A DNA stretch of 64,000 bases from Diadema antillarum (Eukaryota): contig NW_027270951.1 in NCBI RefSeq assembly GCF_040938485.1, forward strand, positions 2,294,001 through 2,358,000, read 5' to 3'. Of this stretch, positions 55,001 through 64,000 are shown in pieces; the stretch's first letter is position 1, and the number at the start of each line of letters is the position of its first letter. A program made the position numbers and the translations under genes. The notes beneath the pieces were generated by a model, which was given only the letters and a program-made list of their open reading frames with translations, did not search any database and was not told the DNA's origin.

Positions 55001-55836
55001 CAAGTATATTTTACGTTAGAGATTTGATACGAGAAAATGGTTTTTTTAAGTCTTTTGAAGAATTGCAGGCTGAATTTAATCTTCCTATTTCAAACTATTT
55101 AGATTATTTTGCAATTTTATCAGCTATACCTGCTGAGTGGAAAAGAGTTTTGAAACAAGAACATGTAAATGTTGATGAGCAGCCTGAAGTTTTTGATGAC
55201 AGGTTGGAAGCATTTGTATGCCATAAATCACCTGTTAAATTTTGTTACTCACAGTTGTTAAAAAAGATCTGTCCAACCGAGTATTCCCGTGTTTTGTTAA
55301 AATGGGAAACAGATTTGCAACAACCTCTTGAGAGTTTGATTATATGGAGAAAGCGTTTCAATATTTCATTCTTTGCCACATTAGATACAAAAATTAGAAC
55401 CTTTCAATTTAAGTTTTTGCACCGTATAATTGCAACAAACAAATTTTTATTTAAAATTGGTATAAAATCATCCCCAAATTGTAATTTATGCAACACTGAA
55501 GAGCAAACATTGCTCCATCTGTTTTTTTACTGTGACTATGTACGAACCTTTTGGCAAAACGTTACGAAGTGGCTAGAAAGAACTGCAATACTTTCTTCAC
55601 CTCTAACCTGTATTGATATCTGTTTTGGTATTGACACCCAGAAGACTCTGGTAAACACCATTATTTTATATGCAAAACATTTTATTTTCCGTAACAAATG
55701 TCAAGACAAGACCTTAAGTTTTGATCAGTTTAAGAATGAGATAATTTATCTAGAAAAGGTTGAAAGAGCTATAGCTTATAGAAAAGGAAAATTAACATTT
55801 CATAGAACCAAATGGTGTTTGTTACTTGCAGTCTAA
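52069..55836 (+). CDS. LINE ORF2p, 1255 aa: APE endonuclease + reverse transcriptase + C-terminal zinc finger
   Basis: APE motifs SLNVRGL, LLQETH, GGDLN, SRLDYF, SDH. Linker GPGFWKMNTSLL. RT motifs KTPGCDG, WRPITLLNNDYKILAKVLANRL, DFEKAFD, GVRQGCPLSP, YADD. C-x2-C-x8-H-x4-C (CNLCNTEEQTLLHLFFYC). No stops or frameshifts. Confidence 0.97.
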   Translation: MSENIEVRLYSLNVRGLANDVKRRCLFSWLRRQKYDLFLLQETHSTENCEAVWSSEWGNKIYFCHGQSDSAGVCILLRANCGLDVLEVHRDKEGRLLLLNLSYGETTKFTVVNLYGPNKDKVDVFQNLHDVLTEYCEEPLFIGGDLNTVQNPVLDRYPVHVRYHPRCYDALETLKDDFDLVDVWRERNPSKLQFTWRSKLSRSRLDYFLVSKNICNYVEDCNIHYGHRSDHSAISLIVIKKVPKRGPGFWKMNTSLLSQEYNREQIRKVIISTIKLHSHMSVCNLWEFVKFKVKQKCIELSSKIRRDLKHNFQLLAKSIEKLQNDFDQNPDDHDLEKLLLNKKAELTKIQEEFVRGSMIRTRASWVSDGEKNTKYFFNLEKRNYNKKHIQKLQKNDEIVCDPSEILTMEKDFYENLYTSCKVEERDIKEVFDNISMPMLKEEQANLCEGMVFEKECFEAVKSIPSEKTPGCDGLPIDFYKVFWQDIKDILCQVFNTCLIDGELSTLMKRGVITLLPKKGKDKLHLKNWRPITLLNNDYKILAKVLANRLKKVLPFLIDFDQTGFLKNRYIGENIRLLKDVIQYCQMKPFKGLAVSIDFEKAFDNIEWNFLIACLKTFGFKDDFITWIRVMYSDISSCVINNGYSSSNFNLQKGVRQGCPLSPYLFLVGVEILGIMLRQSKNITGIKIDGVELRVSQYADDTIVYLSANEVNLRNTFQLLSAFQKISGMKVNIEKSNIACLGPWSGTLCSDIQMNWVTEYLFYLGIYIPLRGSVDCFNQNFQIKLKETESTLNIWRHRNLTLLGKITIIKSLVMPKFVYLFSNIQDPPKRFFDELQRLLFNFVWNQKTDRIKRIIMYDDYKNGGLKMPHAESFCQALKVSWVKRFLEEETQTGTKKWKLFSKFFLEKCGGKSVFRGNFSAHDCNHLSVNLFWIDVLKAWAHYRYYNPARYKDILWQSIWNNSFIKVAGKTVFYKRWSNASIFYVRDLIRENGFFKSFEELQAEFNLPISNYLDYFAILSAIPAEWKRVLKQEHVNVDEQPEVFDDRLEAFVCHKSPVKFCYSQLLKKICPTEYSRVLLKWETDLQQPLESLIIWRKRFNISFFATLDTKIRTFQFKFLHRIIATNKFLFKIGIKSSPNCNLCNTEEQTLLHLFFYCDYVRTFWQNVTKWLERTAILSSPLTCIDICFGIDTQKTLVNTIILYAKHFIFRNKCQDKTLSFDQFKNEIIYLEKVERAIAYRKGKLTFHRTKWCLLLAV

Positions 55837-56229
55837 GCAATTGGGCTCAGTTACATTCCTAAATTCTAATTACAGTCAATTACACTTTTAACTCAGATTT
55901 TCAAACCTCTGCACTTGTCATGATCAATATGATTATAGACTCTGTTTGGACTGGCTTGTTCGGCCTGTAGACAAGTGGGGATGGAAAGTTTTGCAGGGAT
56001 GATTAAATCATCCCTGAAACATGACTGAGAATATGTTGGGGTTGTGGCTGAGCCCAACAAGCTGAGTGGACTCGGTTCTTTGTTTTTGGTATAAATGAGG
56101 GAGTTTTTAGCCTCCCCCTTGCATTGTATTACAATTTGTTTTTTACCATTGCAAAAAAGAAAACATTATACGGTACTTATATATGCAGCAATGTCAAAAT
56201 TCTGTATCTGTTAATCTGTGAAGAAGCAA

Positions 56230-56254
56230 AATAAAGACGGAAAAAGAAAAAAAA
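56230..56254 (+). terminator. Polyadenylation signal and first A-tail of the LINE
   Basis: AATAAA at 56230-56235, then aaaaagaaaaaaaa at 56241-56254. Confidence 0.7.
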
Positions 56255-56296
56255 GTAGGAGGACGAATTGGAATGACAACAAAAAAACAAAAAAAA

Positions 56297-56308
56297 AGTT
56301 TTGTGCCG
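56297..56308 (+). repeat. Right target-site duplication of the LINE (agttttgtgccg)
   Basis: Identical to 50708-50719. Confidence 0.9.
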
Positions 56309-57331
56309 TCAACAACTGGCAGTCAGGCACGAAACAAAGAAGCACATATTATTGCAAGGTCTTGTAGTTCATACAATACATGACCAAGATCTGCGACACC
56401 TTCAGATTGAAACGTGGAATGCATATCCATCCACGCAAGTCATAAATTCCATTCGTGCGTTTCTCTAAAAACAAGGTCCATCTTATTTGTTCAGGTTATT
56501 GTGCAAATAATAATAGCATCACAATGAACTAACGCAGACTGTCTCCTCCACCATTCCTCCACTCTTGTCATAAACATGCATCAGTTATTTCATGTCTTTG
56601 TTCTCTAATTATTTGTGTCTATGACAACCTGAAATAAAGTATGTTCTGTGCAGAGGTGGATCAGGAACACTAGGCCCCAGTTTCAGCACTGTTGAAGCTG
56701 ATATTTATTCACCTGTTTTCCATACACTGTGTGCCCTGACTGACACTTCTCTCTGTATGCAACAGGTCGCTTTTATTTCTTTTGTTTCCACCACAGGGAA
56801 GATTGCAGATTTGCATAATCCAGTTGATCCCTACATCATACACATCTAATGGCCTTTTGCTGCTTCCAGCTAAGTCTGTAGACCAGAGCGAACAAGGGGA
56901 CCAGCTCAAGATATATGCATTATCTCCTCTCTCCCGAAAAATGACCGAATATGATCCAGCCTGTCATGAAATGAAATGAGATGAAACACCCAGATCCCCA
57001 GCCATTAGAACTGTCAGGACACCTTCCTCCTAAATTTCCTATTTCCTTGTAAAACTTCCTCCTATTCCCACCCACTTTTTACGATAAAAGAAAAAATGTA
57101 TCCTCCTTCATGCGGCCTAGAAAGGAGCAACTGAGTCAATTCACTGTGTTTTGCAAGGTTAATTTTGTGCATTCAAGTAAAGAAGCAATATTAGAATATG
57201 AGGATACATTTTCAGTGTGAGGGAATGTTTGAGAGCTTGTGTTTTTTTCCTTACTTTTTATGCTTTCTGTACATCGTAGGTCCAGTCAATCTAGGCTGTC
57301 ATTAGTGTGCACATGTGTGTGAAGCATAAAT

Positions 57332-57341
57332 GTGTGTGTGT

Positions 57342-57372
<31 letters not shown>
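57332..57372 (+). repeat. (TG)n microsatellite
   Basis: Direct reading. One of only about four plus-strand TG tracts. Confidence 0.9.
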
Positions 57373-57373
<1 letters not shown>

Positions 57374-57731
57374 TTATTTGTCTGTCTGTCTGGCTGTTTG
57401 TCTATTGGTCTGTTTGATGTACATGTGTGTGTGTCAGTGTGTATGCATGTTCAGCATCAGCTGTAAGTACAAGATTCGAGCACTTTGACAGGGTGAGGGC
57501 GCTGTTGCTCATATGGATAGCTAGTCAAGTGCGATTCATGGGGCCTGGGTAGGTGAGAAGCATCATAATTCTAACAGATCGAATGATAGTTAGATCAATC
57601 TCATTCACACATGCTCATCATACCTACTTTTGTTTACAAAACAGGGTGTGGTTTCACACATTATGGAGTCAATACATTATGTTAATGCAATATAACATAC
57701 AAAAAGATGGTGTTGCTGAATATGACATTAA

Positions 57732-58290
57732 AGGACAAGTCCACCTTTATATACATAAGGATTGAGAGAATGCAGCAATGTTAGTAGGACACATCAGTGA
57801 AAGTTTGAGGAAAATCCGACAATCCGTTCAAAAGTTGCGAGTATTTTGAGTATCTGCGCAGTCACTGCTGGAAGAGAAGACTACTACATTGTATGATGTC
57901 ACATGCGTACAACTATATAAGGAAAATGAAAAGAGAATTTCACAAAACTTTACTTTTTGAATAATGTGCACATTTCTTCGACTTGCTACTGACGTATGTT
58001 AAGGATAATATTATTCCCCATGCCTTCTGAAAGAGAGAAGTCGAGTGTTCTTTTGTTATGCGAGAAAAATGGAAATATGTTGAATTTTCTTTATTCTTTG
58101 TTTATATCATTGTACTCATGGGACATCACAAGCTATAGTAGTCTCTTCATCCAGCCGTGACTGAGCAGAAACTTCAAAAATTCATAACTTTTTAAGAGAT
58201 TGTCCGATTTTGCTCAAACTCTCACTGATGTGTTCTACTAATATTGTTGCATTCCCTCAACCCACATGTCTATGAAGGTGAACTTGTCCT
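57732..58290. mobile_element. TTAA-flanked MITE (Kolobok/T2-like), copy 2
   Basis: TTAA|AGGACAAGTCCACC...GGTGAACTTGTCCT|TTAA. The interior is collinear with 44674-45241. Confidence 0.9.
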
Positions 58291-61200
58291 TTAATTAATG
58301 CCTATGTTGAGAAAGAAGTATTCCGAAGATGACCAAACTGATAATGCTGAAAATGATCAGATAAGTTTTAGAGCCATATCTCAAGTTTTGCACAATCCCA
58401 CAACCATTTTGATCATATGTGCAGCCTAACTAATTTCAGGGCACATATGTATACTGTATATCATGGGTCAAATACAGTCCAGAGCAACGCAATCCTCAAG
58501 ACATACTCAGTGAGCAATTAAAAGCACAGCCTGGGCACTTACTATTTGGGGTTGGTGTTGGTATTGGTGGTGGTTTACTTTCAGATGCACTTCAAGCAAG
58601 ACTCAAATTTAATGACAGAAATCTCATCTCTCCTCGTAATCACTTCCTGATACTCATTCTCGAAGACAAGACTCTTTTCTTTACTATTTTGTCAGTAAGG
58701 AGTGCTCTACTAATCCTACAACACTCACTATCTCCATGACATAACATAGAAGACGAGAGGATCAAAGCAGGTATTTGTTGTATCCCTCCTTTTTTATTCA
58801 AAGGGCACAGTCTTTATCCAGCTGCTGGCAGCAAGATAATCATGTTAGCCTCTTTGATGTTTGCTTGTGGGATTATGTATCTTTAGGGAGGTAAACTGAA
58901 GGGGGGGGGGGGGTTATGGAGTGGGGGTGGAAGACTACCTCTCTACAGATTTAGATAGAGGATTATCTGACCAGTATGTGTTCAAAGGAAGGCTTTGATA
59001 AGGGGATTTCAGCACATTGAGTGGTGCTGGGAGACAATAGAAGAAACCATCAACCACATGATTTCAAGAAGCCATTTTGGCTAACAAAAGAGTTGAGGAG
59101 ATTAGAAGGGGTGATTGGGGGGGGGGGGTGAGGGCATGGTATAAGGAGAGGGAACAGCAGGGGTGAAGAGATCAGGTGTATTTAATCTCTTCAAGTGCTT
59201 AGACTGTAATCTGGACAATTTGTTTTGTGGGCAGATAGCTCCCCCTGTACATTTTAAGGGGGGGGGGGGTGAGATTTAGCAGGAAGGAGGCTGTATGGAG
59301 ATTACATGTTTATTGCAACTTATGGAAAACAGTGAATGATCAATGCAGGGACTAAATTCTTCCTATCAAAGTGGTAAATATTTGGTAAAAGGTAAAATCA
59401 AATCAAATTGGTAGCTGAGTTTTTTGTTGTTGTTCTGTTGTTTTTACTGGCCAGGATTACAACTTCGAAGAAAGCGCAATTTTCAATGACAAAATACTGC
59501 TCTATTGACAAGATCATGGCTTCTCAAATTGGCAATGCAGGCAATATACTCACCATTATATCAGAGCAGGACCTTCACGTAACAGAAGCAGAATGACAAT
59601 GATGCTGGTATTCTTGAAAAACTTACAACACCAACAGCACACCCCTTAAAAACAAAGATTGACAAAAGTTATGTTATTTTTTATGAAACATTACCTGTGC
59701 GTCTTAAACTGCATGAATGTGATCCAATCTTTGTCCAGAAAGTATGAGCGTGTCTGAGCGCAGCCTCCCCGCAGCAAATCTCGTCCATGTCCTGCCCTTT
59801 GAGCTTTTCATGTGGTCGACATTATGATTGCCCTAATGGGGACAGGAGCCTATCCTATTTGGAGAGCACTCGGGGATGCTCCTAACCCAAGCGTGGATCT
59901 GTTTGCTCATTTTGATGAGCTTAGAATAACTGCCAGTGACAAGGGCAAAGAGGATACTGTATTCTAACTCTCCTTCCACAGGTCACCTCTCCCCTCGAGA
60001 CTACATCCACTTACAAACTGAAAAAAAAAAATCTAATTTGTAGTTATGTTAATAATGATGCATTTCTAGTTGTTCTGACAGTCATTGAGTGTTCAGATAC
60101 TGCGATGAGTTTCTCAACTGTCTGCAAACTGAAAATTATATTTGCATAAAGCAGCTGAGTTGAAAACACAGAGGCCTATCAATTGTGGACAGGTAGCTCC
60201 TGGCATGGATGCGCACAAGAATAAACTAACACATACATGCATGTATGCTATATAACCTACTAGAGTGCACATTTTATGGGCAGAAGTGGATGAGCCCAAC
60301 CCTGCCTTTGCAAACATGTTTTTACAGAGGTCATTCTGATCATATTGCAAACTCGCACCTAGAATCAGATTAAACTTGAGGTCAGAAACCTACCATTGGC
60401 AAAACGTCATTTAAGGAATGTGTTTCGGAGGAACATGATTTAAGCTTGCTCTCAGACTAACATAACTGTCTTGATTAGTACAAAGCATGTACCTATACAT
60501 ATTTACAAACAGGCTCATTTGCTAATCTGAAATGGCTCCATGAGGAGTTGCTTGAAATGTGGTTCTCAGCAAATGGATGTATAAATACTTCTCTACCTCC
60601 CCCCCAGTTTGGTAGGTCACAAATATTTGTGCCCTTCTGGCTCTCTGATGCAATTTGCCTCCATGTTGTGTATTGCCTGATTGCTGTATAGCAAACCCTT
60701 CGTATTTGCATACCTTCTAGCTCTAACACTAAATGTGCTCGCCACCTTCTGGTGCATGACATCAGCAGACCTCAGTGACCTTAGGCCTTTATGCTGCTAA
60801 TGGCTTTTGAATTTCTACTAGATGTAAGTTAAGATAATTTAAGAAAGAAAAAAGAAAACTGAAGATTACTTATGAACAGCAAATGCATCACTTAGATTTA
60901 ACATCTTTTGCAAGCGAGAAATGAAACCAATTTTTCCTACATTGATTAGCTGTTCTTATGATCTCTTAAGTTGTCTCTGTGCCCAACTTCTACAATGATT
61001 AAGATCAGAAACCTATGCACAGATGCAGGTTTTGAAGGTGGTTTGAAGAATGCCTCATATCAACGACAGAGTGAAAATAACATGCAATACTTAATTAAGA
61101 CTGTGTTTATCAGATTTCCCATGTTTGAAACGCACTTTAATACCGACTATCAAAATGCAAAAAAATTTGCAAACAAGTTCTTGGATCGCGTTTCTTGAGT

Positions 61201-62163
61201 TGTTGCATTTATCAACTCTGTCGTGAGTCGATTTGGGAGGCCTTGTCACTGCCCACCTCCATTGCACAGTTTGACCCAAGGAGTGTATAGGTGTAGTGAC
61301 GCAGTGGTTGGCGTGGGCAGGTCCAAGCTATAAGCACATTTCAAAATGACTTTGCGCCTATCAACTCTACGGAATCGCATTTCTGGCTCAAACGCATTTT
61401 GGACCACTCTTTTTTCAGCGTTTCAGAAATGCATTTCTTACCCCATAATAAGAACAGTTTTGTATTCATCAACTGCCCAAAACTTCCTGAAAGTTATGTG
61501 GAAACCTTAATTCTACGCCAGAAGTGAGTTGATAAATGTACCCAAAGGCTCATGGGGGATACAAATGGATCATGCAGAATAATCTATGGTTTGATATCAC
61601 TCAGACCAAACCAAATGAGAATGTTACAAAAAGAAAAAATGTATGATACAATGGCAGCCTAATTGATGCGCAGGACAGAGTGACAGAAAAGTGACAAAAA
61701 AAGTTAAAAGTGAACAAAATGTAGGAGAATTGAGATGTATCCACATTCATATCAACTACTTAATGGATTAGGAAGAACCCCCAGATGTAATGAGAGGTTG
61801 GGACGGGTAATATGGGCTCTTCAGGATTGTATGTTTTTTTTTGCAGAAGATTGCTAACAGATATCATCCTCTAAATGAAATGTATATATACGCTCTTAGT
61901 TCTCCAGCGTGTCCTGCACCAGAATCTAAAACGTGCCCGCGGCAGATTTTCGGGTTCACATAGATTCTAGGACTGAGGACATGATCGGGTGTTAAAATCG
62001 GGGGTCCGGAGGCTGAATCATGATGTCGGGATGTTCACGTTGTAAACCGAGAAGGGAATCAAAACGGCAAATAAGATGCGTGGGCAGCAATCACCAGACA
62101 CTGCTGGAGAGAGCAGTAAGAGCATGTTAGTCCACACTATTGGGGGGGGGGGGAACTTATTAA

Positions 62164-62721
62164 ACGAAACCAGATCCTAAATATACATGTGAATTGAGTG
62201 AAAGCAGCAATATTATCTAGGAGAACACATCAGCGAAAGTTTGAAGAATAAATTGGACAATCAGTTCAAAAGTTACAAGTTTTTAAAATTTCGGTACTGT
62301 CATCACTGGATAAGGAGATTACATAACTTTACAACTTCTCTTTGGACAATATAAAGAAAACATAAGGAGATCCCACAAAATCTCATATTTCATGAAAAGT
62401 ATACAATCCATCCACTTGTTACTACTGGCCTATGCTAACAGAAATATTACTCCCCCTCCTTTCTGAAAGTGGTTAAACAAGTGCATTTTCATTATGCTTG
62501 AAAAAAAAAGAAGAAAATATGCTGAATTTTCTTCAATTTTTTTTCTTTTTATTGTTGGCCAGAATGACATCTTGAAGTGTGGTAATCTCCTTATCCATCA
62601 ATGACATTGATCACAAAAACTTTTTAATGGACTGTCCAATTTTCCTCAAACTTTTACTGCTGTTCAACTAATATTGCAGCTTTTCACTAAATCCACATTA
62701 TTACTTGGGCTTCAGTTTCCT
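62164..62721. mobile_element. TTAA-flanked MITE (Kolobok/T2-like), diverged copy 3
   Basis: TTAA at 62160-62163 and 62722-62725. Shares gcagcaatatt...gaacacatcagcgaaagtttga...gacaatc.gttcaaaagtt and the mirrored right arm with copies 1 and 2. Confidence 0.75.
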
Positions 62722-64000
62722 TTAATGAGTGATGGATAGTTCAGAATTGAAGCAGGAGTATAAAGGAGGTATTAAGTCATCTGTAAGCTTCAAATGGGTC
62801 AGTTATTCCACACTTAGTACACTATAACCTTTTCACGTCTGATGTGATCTTCTTCTTACATCACCCATCTATTGTATATCACCTCAGGCATGAGTTCAGC
62901 CAAAGCGAGTATATCTATGATACAGTGCATCTTGTTTCACCTCCATTTGTATACATGTGGGATTGTTAATCCTTCCTACATCAGAACAAACAAAGCTATG
63001 TAAATATGTACTCAAGAGCCAATCATATCATATTTCTGCAAGTGAAAATTGATAATGACAAAGGGGAGAAAATTGCGGTCTCTTTCTTCTTCTTTTTTCG
63101 CTGTATTGTGAGGAAAAAAAAAAGAGGGATTCATTTTTTCAACGAAGTTCCCATGGGGTCAAAACATTTACAGCTGAAAAGCAGGTCTAACTTTACAGGC
63201 TTTTTCATCAATAATCACACTCTCTTCAATCACCTTTTGTAACACATTTACCATGACCATGCATCAGTTGTGAATTTCCGCGATGCTCACAGACGCATTC
63301 ATATCATTAATTCATGCGGGACAGGCGGATCAATAGGTTTTACTCACATATACAATGGCGGCACAATGAACGCTGTTTCAGGGGACATAGTGCACACCAG
63401 CCATGTTCTACATCGTCTAAATTGATTTTTGTGTCATACGTGTGTCACTAAGAATTTACCAGTACATGAAGTATGTCATCTTCTTATCTTGTATCTCACT
63501 GTGAATGAGAGGAGGGGGGGGGGGGGTAGGGAGGAAAGAGAAAGAAGAAAGAAGGGAAGGTGGTGGTTAAGGTGACTCTAGCCACAAAGGTTTAATTTCC
63601 GATTCATTTCAGGCTGGAGTTGATCGAAGCTTGAGCAACCCATACCGAGCATTCGCCCTTCAACATTAAGCGACAGGAGCCCAGACATGTCATTTGATCG
63701 TTATCACATTTGCGCAGCTACAATGGCGGGTTTGTTCAGTCAAAACAATTGTCTTTGTTGGTTTGACACCTACCCTCTCCCGCTTGGCCTTTTCAATGAG
63801 CATCTCATAGCACATACACTCACACATACCATACTACACAAAGACAAACTTTTTAGATGGTAGACAATTTATCCTCGCCTGCCCCATGGAAGGGCTGGCC
63901 CTAGCAGGAAATTTCACCCCCGGAATAGAAGTGTGGTTTGCGACATACTGTAGAACCACAAATATTGGCAGCATTAAATTTTTGCAAAAACTGGAGCCGA

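Larger units (their letters stand above)
50720..56296 (+). mobile_element. Full-length L1/Tx1-group non-LTR retrotransposon (about 5.6 kb)
   Basis: Two intact ORFs, AATAAA at 56230-56235, A-rich tails at 56241-56254 and 56281-56296. Flanked by an identical 12-mer agttttgtgccg at 50708-50719 and 56297-56308 (TSD; 11 bp if the first A belongs to the tail). Confidence 0.95.

Noticed and set aside
61209-61535. Possible MITE bounded by ttatcaactc / gagttgataa
   Set aside because: Only a 10-bp inverted match, a third partial copy at about 61359, and no TSD. Boundaries cannot be supported.
1-64000. CRISPR arrays, tRNA, rRNA or prokaryotic operons
   Set aside because: No regularly spaced repeat-spacer array, no tRNA A/B-box cloverleaf and no rRNA motifs were seen. 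The sequence is eukaryotic intron-like.

Overview
This is eukaryotic genomic DNA. It is AT-rich and intron-like, with many (CA)n/(GA)n microsatellites, G/C homopolymers, five N-gaps and several small non-autonomous DNA transposons. The repeat spectrum suggests an echinoderm such as a sea urchin (inference). Two protein-coding signals are well supported. (1) A minus-strand exon at 6201-6435 is homologous to the N-terminal exon of GSE1 (motifs RTTATVTP and SSFAAALRKLAKQA). It has canonical AG/GT ends but carries an internal +1 frameshift. (2) A full-length, apparently intact L1/Tx1-group non-LTR retrotransposon lies on the plus strand at 50720-56296. It has ORF1 (coiled coil plus RRM type), ORF2 (APE endonuclease, RT, zinc finger), a double A-tail and a 12-bp target-site duplication. 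Most of 6.4-64 kb looks like one or more very large 5' introns of the minus-strand GSE1-like gene, populated by MITEs and candidate cis-regulatory elements. I saw no rRNA, tRNA or CRISPR array. Nearly all other ORFs in the supplied track are spurious (microsatellite, N-gap or antisense shadow ORFs).
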